DNA of 64,000 nucleotides from Deltaproteobacteria bacterium (GCA_019313915.1 JAFDAJ010000003.1:13369-77368), one strand, 5' to 3'. Shown: positions 1 through 8,160, counted from the first letter of the stretch. Program-made: numbers and translations. Notes: generated from the sequence alone by a model not told the origin.

Positions 1-485
1 AAGCCCGCGTCTCTAGCCGCCGTTGCGACATGGACGAATCTGTGAATGACGTCTCGGATCTCGCTTGCCTCGAGGGCGCGCGGGGCTGCCATGAGTCCCA
101 CCATGCCCCGCATCTTCACGGCGGACGCGGAGACGGGGCGACTGCTCGACATCCGAGTGCATTGGCGCCCAGGGTGGCTAATCTGCATCCAGAGGTGGTT
201 TCCTCCGCAGGTGCCGGCCGCGACCCAAGTCCGGAGCTCTTCGAGACCGCCGTTGCCATCGCACACGACGTTGCCCGGCCGCTCGAGGTACCGGCGGTCA
301 ACTTGCACATTGCCGGTGAGCAGAAGACCGGCGCCTCCTTCTGACCAACGCCGGTAAAGCGTTTCGTGACGCTCGGTGGCCCGGTCGTCGGCGTCCGCCA
401 GGCCTTCGGTCATCGCGGACTTGCAGAATCGGTTGGGAAGCGATGCGCCACAGGGGAGCGCGAGTGGTTGGGCGAGGGGCTCCAT
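1..485 (-). CDS. NADH:flavin oxidoreductase, Old Yellow Enzyme family (N-terminal part; 3' end runs off the window)
   Basis: Not in the ORF track because there is no stop inside the window. Hand translation from the ATG at 485 gives MEPLAQPLALPCGASLPNRFCKSAMTEGLAD..ETLYRRWSEGGAGLLLTGNVQVD..LWMQISHPGRQ..EIRDVIHRFVHVATAARDAGF, which matches conserved OYE/NemA-type blocks. Confidence 0.75.
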   Translation of the reverse strand, partial: MEPLAQPLALPCGASLPNRFCKSAMTEGLADADDRATERHETLYRRWSEGGAGLLLTGNVQVDRRYLERPGNVVCDGNGGLEELRTWVAAGTCGGNHLWMQISHPGRQCTRMSSSRPVSASAVKMRGMVGLMAAPRALEASEIRDVIHRFVHVATAARDAG

Positions 486-526
486 GGGACAGGAGCCTAA
501 CCGATCCCGGCAACACGCACGCGGTA

Positions 527-1078
527 TCAACTCCGGTCTGAGCCGCCGAGAAGCACCTTCATCAACGGACTGCCGTCGACCTTGGCGTCCTTCACGAGGG
601 CGTCGAGCAGCTGCTTTCCGAGTCGGGCGAGGTCCAGAAGCTCGCGAATGCGTTGCTCTTGGAACTGTGCCCTCGCCCGCTCTTCTGGCGCGTTTGCCTT
701 GTCCTTCAAGAACCCGATCGCGTCTTCCATGATGTCGATCGCGTCGAGGACCTCGACCCGTTCACGCTCGTTGAACACGCGGGAGATCATCTTCCAGAAG
801 TTGCCTTCGGCGGCGTAGTGATCGCGGCGCTCACCTTGAATCCAAACCTTCTTGACGACTCCCCAGCGCGTCAGCTCGTTCAGCGTCATCGAAACGGCGC
901 CGCTGCTGAGTTGGAGCCGGGCTTGGATCTCAGGAGCGCTGAGCGGCCGGTCGGACAGATACAAAATCGCCCACAGCCGCCCCATGTTGCGCTTGAACCC
1001 CCAGAACTCGATCAGGCGGCCGATCGAATCGCTGACCAGGACCTCGCTTTGCCAGAGCTCCTCTTCGCCGCGCGCCAC
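527..1078 (-). CDS. MarR/GbsR-type winged-helix transcriptional regulator
   Basis: 183-aa ORF with a wHTH-like segment LSAPEIQARLQLSSGAVSMTLNELTRWGVVKKV. It lies 41 nt upstream of the OYE gene and is co-directional with it. Confidence 0.65.
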   Translation of the reverse strand: MARGEEELWQSEVLVSDSIGRLIEFWGFKRNMGRLWAILYLSDRPLSAPEIQARLQLSSGAVSMTLNELTRWGVVKKVWIQGERRDHYAAEGNFWKMISRVFNERERVEVLDAIDIMEDAIGFLKDKANAPEERARAQFQEQRIRELLDLARLGKQLLDALVKDAKVDGSPLMKVLLGGSDRS

Positions 1079-1142
1079 GCTAGCGCCCTACCCCGAACCC
1101 CAACACTTGACCAGCCGCCCGCTCGCATCAAAGCTGCGGCGC

Positions 1143-1427
1143 ATGGAACGACCTACGTTCGAGGCCATGCTCGAAGCAGCACCTGGCATGGAGCGCGACG
1201 GTAGCGAATACACCGTCGCGGAGGACTACAACTTGTCCTTGTACATCGGCAAGCCGGGTCAAGCGATGGAGGTATCGGAGGTCGCGGGGCTGAGGCTCGA
1301 TGAGGCGTTCTGCGAAGCGACGTCCCGCGAGCACGGCACGGTCTACTACGTGGAGTACAGCAGCCTACACGGGCTCTGCGTGCGGCCACCGAGCGGAGGC
1401 GGCGGGCGGCGGACAGGTTTCTCATGA
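1143..1427 (+). CDS. hypothetical small protein (94 aa)
   Basis: Internal ATG of track ORF 852..1427. The sequence from MERPTFEAMLEAAPG onward looks protein-like, whereas the upstream part is Arg/Ser/Pro-rich shadow sequence antisense to the regulator. No recognisable family. Confidence 0.4.
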   Translation: MERPTFEAMLEAAPGMERDGSEYTVAEDYNLSLYIGKPGQAMEVSEVAGLRLDEAFCEATSREHGTVYYVEYSSLHGLCVRPPSGGGGRRTGFS

Positions 1428-1490
1428 TCCTGTAAGTCTCGTGGCCGGCTGGGGGTTTTGACGTAGGATGTAGGTCGGGGTTTACGGAAC

Positions 1491-2876
1491 GTGTCCGCAC
1501 GCATTCTTGTCTGTGACGACGAAGCCAGTTTGCGCGAGATGCTGCAGATCTTGCTGCGGCGTGAGGGCTATCGCGTCGACGTGGTAGACGGCGTGCACGC
1601 AGCGCGCGACCAACTCGGCAGCTGTGACCCTTACGACGTGGTCATCACCGACCTGGTGATGCCGGATGGCACAGGCATGGACGTGCTCGACGCAGTTCGG
1701 GCGCGCTCGGCCAACACGCAGACTCTGATGGTCACGGCTTTCGCGACCACCGAGCAGGCGGTCGAGGCGATGCGCAAAGGCGCGTACGACTACGTCCAAA
1801 AGCCGTTCAAGAATCACGAACTGCTGGCGACGCTCGAAAAGGCGCTCGAGAAGCGGGCGATCGTGGCGGAAAACGAGACACTGCGCGCAGAGGTCAAGGC
1901 GCGTTGGACCGAAGGTCAGCTGATCGGCAAGAGCCCAGCGATGGACCGGCTTCGCGACCTGATCAAGCGCGTGGCGAACGCAACGACGAGTGTCCTGATC
2001 ACCGGCGAAAGCGGCACCGGCAAAGAGATGGTCGCCCGCGCCCTGCACTTCCAAAGCCCCCGAGCCGAGGAGCCCTTCGTGGTGCTGAACTGCGGCGCAA
2101 TCCCGGAGAACCTCATCGAGAGCGAGCTCTTCGGTCATGTCAAGGGCGCGTTCACCGGCGCCATCGCCGCGAAGCAAGGACTCTTTCGGGCAGCCAACGG
2201 CGGTACGCTTTTCCTCGACGAGGTAGGCGAGCTTCCGCCGCCGCTGCAGGTGAAGCTGCTGCGTGTGCTTCAGGACCGAAAAGTCCGCCCGGTCGGTGGC
2301 AGCGCCGAGGTCGAGGTGGACGTTCGGGTCGTCGCGGCCACCAATCGCGACGTCGAGTCTGAAGTCGACGCAGGCACATTCCGCGAAGACCTCTTCTACC
2401 GCCTGAACGTCATCCGAATCGAGGTTCCAACGCTGCGGGAGCGGCCCGAGGATATCCCGGTGCTCGCCGGATACTTCCTCCAGAAGCACATGGCCCTGCA
2501 AGGCCGCCGGCTCGAGTTTTCGCCCGAGGCGATTCGCTGGCTGGCCCAGCAGTCGTACGCGGGCAACGTTCGTGAGCTCGAGAACATGGTCGAGCGCGGC
2601 GTGACGCTGGCGCCCGACAACACGGTGAACCGCGAGGACCTCGGTGACACCCATCCTTCGAAAAAGGCCCTCAATCTCTCCCGGATCCCTGAGGAAAACT
2701 TCGAGCTGGACGACTACCTCACCCAGGTTGAGAGGGAGCTTCTGCTTCGCGCACTCGATCAGGCCGGGGGCGTCCGCAAGAAGGCCGCCGAGCTGCTGGG
2801 CATGAGCTTCCGGCAGTTCCGATATCGTTTGGCAAAGCACATTGCGCCCGAAGTGGGCGACGCGGCCAACGATTGA
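1491..2876 (+). CDS. pilR: sigma54-dependent response regulator, NtrC family (PilR-like by context)
   Basis: The receiver domain has the phospho-acceptor context [13 protein letters not shown]. The AAA+ domain has Walker A GESGTGKE and the sigma54-contact loop GAFTGA. A C-terminal Fis-type HTH is present ([18 protein letters not shown]). Pilin genes and a -24/-12 promoter follow immediately. Confidence 0.85.
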   Translation: MSARILVCDDEASLREMLQILLRREGYRVDVVDGVHAARDQLGSCDPYDVVITDLVMPDGTGMDVLDAVRARSANTQTLMVTAFATTEQAVEAMRKGAYDYVQKPFKNHELLATLEKALEKRAIVAENETLRAEVKARWTEGQLIGKSPAMDRLRDLIKRVANATTSVLITGESGTGKEMVARALHFQSPRAEEPFVVLNCGAIPENLIESELFGHVKGAFTGAIAAKQGLFRAANGGTLFLDEVGELPPPLQVKLLRVLQDRKVRPVGGSAEVEVDVRVVAATNRDVESEVDAGTFREDLFYRLNVIRIEVPTLRERPEDIPVLAGYFLQKHMALQGRRLEFSPEAIRWLAQQSYAGNVRELENMVERGVTLAPDNTVNREDLGDTHPSKKALNLSRIPEENFELDDYLTQVERELLLRALDQAGGVRKKAAELLGMSFRQFRYRLAKHIAPEVGDAAND

Positions 2877-2901
2877 TATACTGAGACTTGGAGGTTCTTC
2901 C

Positions 2902-3420
2902 TTGTTGCGTCATCCGCGGAGCGCTGGCTTCACCACGATTGAATTGCTGATTGGCGTCGCCATCGTTGGCATCCTGGCGGCCATCGCCGTCCCGACGTTC
3001 AAGAGCTACGTCTATCGAAGCCGGGTGACCGAAGCAGTGACCATCCTCAACGAGATCAAGACCCGGCAAGAGGCCTATCGAAGCCGATTCGGCAACTACG
3101 CGGCGGTCAACGGCACTGATTGGGGCGCATACACGCCGGCCGACATTCCGGGGGCTCAAGCGGTCGCATGGCCGAGCTCCCCGGCATGGGAGGCGCTCGG
3201 GCTCAGCTCGCCTGGTCAAGTCCGGTTTCGTTACGCGACGGTCGCAGGTCAGCCGGGCACGGCAACGCCAGCCAATAGCAATCTCGACCCGGACAAATTC
3301 TGGTATGCCGCGCAGGCCGAAGGTGACCTCAACGAGGACGGCACCACGTTCTTCCTCGAGGTCTACTCGGATTCGCGGATCATGTTCAACAGCGCCTCGG
3401 GCACCGGAGGATGGGAATGA
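2902..3420 (+). CDS. type IV pilin-like protein with prepilin N-terminal cleavage/methylation motif (paralogue 1)
   Basis: In-frame TTG at 2902, 8 nt after GGAGG. Short basic leader LLRHPRSA, then G|FTTIELLIGVAIVGILAAIAVP, the class III signal with E at +5. No Cys in the globular part. Confidence 0.8.
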   Translation: MLRHPRSAGFTTIELLIGVAIVGILAAIAVPTFKSYVYRSRVTEAVTILNEIKTRQEAYRSRFGNYAAVNGTDWGAYTPADIPGAQAVAWPSSPAWEALGLSSPGQVRFRYATVAGQPGTATPANSNLDPDKFWYAAQAEGDLNEDGTTFFLEVYSDSRIMFNSASGTGGWE

Positions 3421-3926
3421 AGAAGAACCAAGGCTTTACCGTGACCGAGCTGATGATCGCGGTGGTAATCATCGGTGTCTTGGCGACCTTGGCCATCCCG
3501 AGCTTCACCGGTTACATCTACAAGGCCCGCGTGACGGAAGCGTCGAATTTCTTGGGCGAGATCAAACAGCGTCAAGAGTCGTACCGGAGCGAGTTTGGGC
3601 AGTACTGCGCCATCGACGGAGATGACTGGGGCACCTACAACCCTTCGGGGGCTCCAGGCATCGACCCGGTCGCGTGGACCACGACCGCCGAGTGGCAGCA
3701 GCTCGGGGCGAGCCCCGACGGGCCAATTCGCTTCCGGTACGCGACGGTGGCGGGGTTTCCAGGGGTGGACCCACCGAGCGGAACCAATCTCGACAAAGAT
3801 GACCACTGGTTCGCAGCGCGGGCCCTGGGAGACCTAGACGAAGACGGCACGACCTTCTTCCTCGAAATCTACTCCCAAGCGAACCACATCTATAACAGTG
3901 CCACTGCACAAGGCGGCTGGGAGTGA
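3417..3926 (+). CDS. type IV pilin-like protein (paralogue 2, tandem duplicate of 2902..3420)
   Basis: Leader MKKNQ, then G|FTVTELMIAVVIIGVLATLAIP. About half of positions are identical to paralogue 1 in a gap-free alignment by eye. ATGA start/stop overlap at 3417-3420 (an alternative ATG at 3411). Confidence 0.8.
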   Translation: MKKNQGFTVTELMIAVVIIGVLATLAIPSFTGYIYKARVTEASNFLGEIKQRQESYRSEFGQYCAIDGDDWGTYNPSGAPGIDPVAWTTTAEWQQLGASPDGPIRFRYATVAGFPGVDPPSGTNLDKDDHWFAARALGDLDEDGTTFFLEIYSQANHIYNSATAQGGWE

Positions 3927-4036
3927 CAATTTTCGTCACCTTCGGGTGACAAGATCTGTCGCTCGGCGCCATTCATTGGCAGGCCGAGACCCGGATTTGT
4001 CAATAATTTCCGGTTAGCCGGGGGGTCCAGGAGAAT

Positions 4037-4053
4037 CGGCACGGCAGTTGCAG
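4037..4053 (+). promoter_or_regulatory. sigma54 (-24/-12) promoter upstream of the PilA-like gene
   Basis: cGGCACGgcagTTGCA. The GG at 4038-4039 and the GC at 4050-4051 are 12 nt apart, matching the consensus TGGCAC-N5-TTGCA. It lies about 60 nt upstream of the ATG at 4113 and downstream of a PilR-type activator gene. Confidence 0.7.
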
Positions 4054-4112
4054 TGTCTTAGGGCAACTCAGAATTAAGCGGGCAGTGGGCCCGGGGGAAA
4101 GGTAACTAAGAA

Positions 4113-4644
4113 ATGAACAAGCTACTGTCGAAGAAAGAGGGATTTACCCTCATCGAGCTGATGATCGTCGTCGCTATCATCGGCATTCTCGCCGCGATCG
4201 CGATTCCGGCATTCATCAACTACGTGAAGCGTTCGAAGACCTCGGAAGCGGGCGCGAACCTCAAGTCGATGTTCCAGGGCGCAGCCGCGTACTACGAGGC
4301 TGAGGGCCTCGACGCACTGCACGGTCGACGACGCGTTCCAGGACGGTGCTCCGTCCGACGCCAAGCGCACCATTAACTGGCAGGGTGAGACCAACGCGGC
4401 AGCATTCACCGCCGTCAACTTCGCACCGGCTGACCCGCTTTACTACGACTACAACATGGACGCGACGCCGAACGCCAGCGCCTGCGGAAACGGACCAAGC
4501 GACACGACTGTCTACACGTTCAGCGCAGTCGGCGATCTCGATGGCGATGGCACGACGTCGACCTTCCGTCTCGAAGCTGGCACCAACCCGGACAACTCGC
4601 TGTATCGCGCGCCGGGCATCAACAGCGTCCGACCGCTCGAGTAA
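4113..4644 (+). pseudogene. pilA: PilA-like major type IV pilin, reading frame interrupted by a 1-nt (+1) frameshift
   Basis: Track ORF 4113..4376 encodes MNKLLSKKE, then G|[55 protein letters not shown], followed by an Arg-rich nonsense tail. The +1 frame (open from 4228) reads ..[79 protein letters not shown] ending at 4644. The frames must join around 4300-4320. Confidence 0.75.
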
Positions 4645-4668
4645 TCGACCACGGCTAACAACTGGAAA

Positions 4669-4695
4669 GGCCGCGACATTTGTCGCGGCTTTTTC
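4669..4695 (+). terminator. rho-independent terminator after the PilA-like gene
   Basis: GGCCGCGACA-tt-TGTCGCGGC perfect stem followed by TTTTT, about 25 nt after the stop at 4644. Confidence 0.7.
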
Positions 4696-4736
4696 CGTTT
4701 AAGGGGCACCGTGCGCATTTGCGATATACTGCCGCT

Positions 4737-5579
4737 GTGCGGGTTCGGATCACTGCCATCGTGGTCATCATTGGAGTCGTGGCTGGGACCAGCTCGCTTC
4801 GCGGACGGGCGATGGACCACTACCTCGCGATGCAGGCCTACGAGGACATCTACTACCTGCCGCCGCCCGAGTGGTTGCAGGTGATGAGCCTGGGCCATCG
4901 ACATGCGCTCGCGGACCTGATTTGGCTTCGCGCCCTCATCTATTTCGGCGAGGAGTTCGAGCACAGGGGCGCCGTCAAGCATGTCTTCAACTACGGCGAA
5001 TCCATGCTGGCCCTCGACCCCGACTTCCAGCGTGTGTATCGGTGGATCGGCGTGGCAGGTGTCTACACGCCCACGGGCAGCCCGCGTGAGTTCATCGAGC
5101 GAGCGATCGCCGTGCTGCGCCGCGGCGTGGAGCGCTTTCCGGATGACGGCGACATGGCGTGGGACGCCGGCGCGACGATCACCTACGAGCTGCTGCCCAA
5201 CCTGCCTACAGATGACCCGGATCGCGAGCGCCTCCAAGCCGAGGGCAATGACTACATGATGGCAGCGGCTCGCCTCGGCGCGGGTCCGGCATGGCTCGTC
5301 CTCACCAACGCAACCTCGCTCCGGAAACTCGGAAAGAGGGATCGCGAGCTCCGACACCTCGAAGAGATGTATGCGGTGATCCGCAACCCGAAGGTGAAGG
5401 CGCAAATCGAAATCCGGCTGACCCAGCTTCGCAACCGCGCGTACGCAGAAGCCTTTCGGAGCGCGAACGAGGAGTTCGAGCTACGTCGAGTGGAAGAGTT
5501 TCCCTACATGCCGTCGACCCTCTATTTCTTCGTAGCCGACCCGATCGAAAGCATGATCGGCCTCGACGACGCCGGCTAG
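4737..5579 (+). CDS. membrane-anchored helical-repeat protein, function unknown
   Basis: The track ORF starts at 4680 inside the terminator. An in-frame GTG at 4737 gives (M)RVRITAIVVIIGVVAGTSSL, a signal anchor, followed by helical/TPR-like sequence (ADLIWLRALIYFGEEFE..). The start is uncertain. Confidence 0.55.
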   Translation: MRVRITAIVVIIGVVAGTSSLRGRAMDHYLAMQAYEDIYYLPPPEWLQVMSLGHRHALADLIWLRALIYFGEEFEHRGAVKHVFNYGESMLALDPDFQRVYRWIGVAGVYTPTGSPREFIERAIAVLRRGVERFPDDGDMAWDAGATITYELLPNLPTDDPDRERLQAEGNDYMMAAARLGAGPAWLVLTNATSLRKLGKRDRELRHLEEMYAVIRNPKVKAQIEIRLTQLRNRAYAEAFRSANEEFELRRVEEFPYMPSTLYFFVADPIESMIGLDDAG

Positions 5580-5633
5580 AGCTCTTGCAGACCTCTTGCC
5601 AAACCGATTGGAGCCCCGCACATTCCCGCGGCC

Positions 5634-6167
5634 TTGCCTCGCGGTCGTCCGAGATTGAGCTTGATCGAAGCGGCGCTTCTGCTGTGCCTCACCGGCATCG
5701 TGCTTGCGGTGTTCGTCCCGACGTTTCTAAGCCGAGTCCGCACCAACAAGGTGAATGAGGCTGCGGAGCTTCTCCAGGAGATGAGCGACCGCGCGGCTGC
5801 CTACTACGCAACCTCGTGGGACACGGGCAAGCGCCACTGTCTGCCTCCGAGCGCCGGCCCGACGCCTGCGACGCCTACGGTCGAGTTGGCGGAGGTCGAT
5901 TTCTTCGCGGACGGGCAGTCCGGCCACGCATCTTGGGAAGCGCTCGGCTTCCAGCCCGGCCGGCCGGTTCGCTTCAGTTACAGCTACACGCCTAGTCACG
6001 ATGGTTGCGAGCTGATCGGCGGCGACGAGTTGGTCTCTGTCACGTTTCGCGCTGAAGGCGATCTCGACGGTGACCTCGTACCGTCGACCTTCGAGCGACG
6101 AGCGACGCTCGACGCCGAGGGACTGAAACCGGCCGATGCTTTGCACGTGCACCAACGGACCGAATGA
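5634..6167 (+). CDS. divergent pilin-like protein with a non-canonical leader
   Basis: TTG start. The N-terminus (M)PRGRPR-LSLIEAALLLCLTGIVLAVFVPTFLSRVRTNKVNEAAELLQEMSDRAAAYYA runs parallel to the PilA-like N-terminus, including AAAYY. The C-terminal EGDLDGDLVPSTFERR matches the motif shared by the other three pilin-like proteins. Confidence 0.55.
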   Translation: MPRGRPRLSLIEAALLLCLTGIVLAVFVPTFLSRVRTNKVNEAAELLQEMSDRAAAYYATSWDTGKRHCLPPSAGPTPATPTVELAEVDFFADGQSGHASWEALGFQPGRPVRFSYSYTPSHDGCELIGGDELVSVTFRAEGDLDGDLVPSTFERRATLDAEGLKPADALHVHQRTE

Positions 6168-6183
6168 TCGCAGCGTTGCGAAC

Positions 6184-6993
6184 CTAGTCTGCTCGTCCGG
6201 ACGCGATGCGCGCCTCGGCATCGACGAGCGCAGTCACGATCTCCCCTGATGCTCGGCGAAGCGCCGGCGGCGCACGCTCTCCAAAGCGGTCCGGGTGAAG
6301 GTCTCGGACCAGCTTGCGAAGCGCGATTCGGGCGTCACGTCCTCCGGCGCCTTCCGGCAAGTCGAGGAGCGCATGTGCAGAGACCTGCTTGCGCATCTGT
6401 CGACGCTTTCGAAGCAGTAGCGGATAGGAGCCGCCCGCTTTCGGGGAGGCCGCACCCAACAACTTGAGCATCCACACGAAGCGATACCCTGCGAGGCCGC
6501 ACCCAGGGAGCGTCAACAGGTCCTCGGCCGGCACGCCGCGCCTCAACCAGAACAACACAGCCGTCTCCTCGGGTCGTAGCTCCGTGCCACGAAAGAGCGA
6601 CTCCCCCGCTTCGGTGAGGTGATACGTGGTGTTTCCGAGCCCGGATCGCACGCTTGCCGTATCCACCCCCTTGACCGCGGCCCGCATGGTTTGGAGCGCG
6701 ACGGTGCGCGCCGGAACCGGCTCGGCTAGCTTCCACCAGGTCGCTGCAGCGGGCGCCTGCACGAGGCGCAGGATGAGCCCTTCCCATGTGCACATCTGCA
6801 ACACGTTCTCGAACACGTGCCGATGCGAGGTCGCGACACGTCGGTCGATGTTGGCGCCCACGATCTGGCTCGACTCGAGCGAAATCGTCGCACGGCGTCC
6901 TTCGCCGTGAACGTGCAACGTGCCGCTAGCGCCCGCTCGGTCGAGACCGATCAGAACGCGGCAAACGGTCGTAGCGCTGGGAAGCGCGCGCAT
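6184..6993 (-). CDS. J-domain (DnaJ-like) protein with an N-terminal DUF4388-like domain
   Basis: The C-terminal segment ALLDLPEGAGGRDARIALRKLVRDLHPDRF carries the HPD signature of J domains. The N-terminus (LIGLDRAGASGTLHVHGEGRRATISLESSQIVGA) resembles the DUF4388 domains common in myxobacteria. Confidence 0.7.
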   Translation of the reverse strand: MRALPSATTVCRVLIGLDRAGASGTLHVHGEGRRATISLESSQIVGANIDRRVATSHRHVFENVLQMCTWEGLILRLVQAPAAATWWKLAEPVPARTVALQTMRAAVKGVDTASVRSGLGNTTYHLTEAGESLFRGTELRPEETAVLFWLRRGVPAEDLLTLPGCGLAGYRFVWMLKLLGAASPKAGGSYPLLLRKRRQMRKQVSAHALLDLPEGAGGRDARIALRKLVRDLHPDRFGERAPPALRRASGEIVTALVDAEARIASGRAD

Positions 6994-7032
6994 GACCCCC
7001 GGATATGCGATTCGCGGAGCGGTGGCTAGTTT

Positions 7033-7968
7033 TCAGCGTGACGCTGCGTAGCGAGGATCGCCGGGACGCAGAGCGAGGGCATTTCGGATTTGGGCGAACC
7101 GCGCGGACACCGACGTCGGTGCGACGCCATACCGCCGAGCGACCTCGGCCTGCGTGCAACCCGGGCGCTGTTCCACGACCGCAATCGCATATTCGAGCGC
7201 AGCGGCCAACACCTCGGGCTTGGTGACGCGAAGCTCGCAGTGCGCCTGCATGTCGGACCACAGCTGCGTCGCTCGTTCGATCTCGGCGCGGGAAAACCCT
7301 GCTTCGCCCATCTTGAGCTGAACGGTCTCTGCCACGCGGTCCCCCGAAGGTCGGCGGACGGTGGCGATTGCCGCAGGCGCGTCGGTTGCACCGCCCTCAA
7401 TCCATTCGACGAGCGCGCGATGGTCCGGATTGCACGGGCCCTTCTCTTGCGCGAGCTCGGCGAGTTGACGCGCTAGGTCGACGTCGCCGAGACGCGCAAC
7501 GCAATGGGCCAGTGAGCCGATGATCTCGTCGTGCTCAGGCTCGAGCTCATACGCACGGCGAAGGTGAGGCTCAGCGCCAACCGGGTCGTCGAGCGCGATA
7601 TCCATGAGGTGGCCCAGGTTGTGGTGGTACCAAGGCGTCTGCGGAGCGAGAGCAGATGCTTCTCGATACGAACGGACCGCCACTCGGTAATTGCCGAGAA
7701 GCGCGTGGCATAGCCCCATGAGCGCGTGAAGGATGTCGTCCTCGGCACAGTGGCCCAACACACGCCGCAGGTGTAACGCTGCCCTCCAAGGGTGGTCTTC
7801 GAGGAGAAGCTCAGCTAAGTGGCGGTGCGCAAACAGCGAGGCGTCGCTGCCCTCCTCCGCGACCAACGCCAACTGCGTCAGCAGACCCTCGGCGCGCTTG
7901 GACGACGCTTCGAGCGCTTCCTCAGCGCGCTCCCAAAGCTCTTCGACCGTGCTCGCCCGTTGATCCAT
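7033..7968 (-). CDS. TPR-repeat protein with a C-terminal HTH (TFIIB cyclin-repeat-like) segment
   Basis: 311-aa ORF with TPR-like helices in the N-terminal two thirds (ALMGLCHALLGNYRVAVRSYREASALAP..). The C-terminus reads KPEVLAAALEYAIAVVEQRPGCTQAEVARRYGVAPTSVSARFAQIRNAL. Confidence 0.65.
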   Translation of the reverse strand: MDQRASTVEELWERAEEALEASSKRAEGLLTQLALVAEEGSDASLFAHRHLAELLLEDHPWRAALHLRRVLGHCAEDDILHALMGLCHALLGNYRVAVRSYREASALAPQTPWYHHNLGHLMDIALDDPVGAEPHLRRAYELEPEHDEIIGSLAHCVARLGDVDLARQLAELAQEKGPCNPDHRALVEWIEGGATDAPAAIATVRRPSGDRVAETVQLKMGEAGFSRAEIERATQLWSDMQAHCELRVTKPEVLAAALEYAIAVVEQRPGCTQAEVARRYGVAPTSVSARFAQIRNALALRPGDPRYAASR

Positions 7969-8160
7969 TTGTATTCGTATAGTCGCTCACTTTTTTGAAC
8001 GCAAGACTCGTCCGTCTGGTGCCCATGCGGAGAACTGCGACGCCGCGTCCCGTGTCGGCACGCGCAGTCGTCCACTCGGACTCCACGAAACTGCACTTGG
8101 ACCGGGCTTGAGGTATGCTTCGGGCACTTGACCCTCCGCGGGTCGAGGGATAGCGAAAGC

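Noticed and set aside
1482-2840. 452-aa ORF antisense to the pilR-like gene. Similar long antisense or overlapping ORFs occur at 14547..15596, 15154..16476, 16473..18116, 27724..28650, 44494..45672, 49562..50731, 55154..56461 and 60428..61768.
   Set aside because: Their translations are Arg/Ala/Pro/Gly-rich with no recognisable motifs. Each lies exactly opposite a gene with strong family signatures. Long stop-free antisense frames are expected in ~67% G+C DNA.
4113-4644. Interpreting the split pilin as an evolved Geobacter-style PilA-N / PilA-C gene pair.
   Set aside because: The first ORF ends in a 22-codon out-of-frame tail rather than at a clean stop after the helix. The second frame has no start codon or RBS before 4456, which would leave out half of the globular domain. 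A simple 1-nt indel explains everything.
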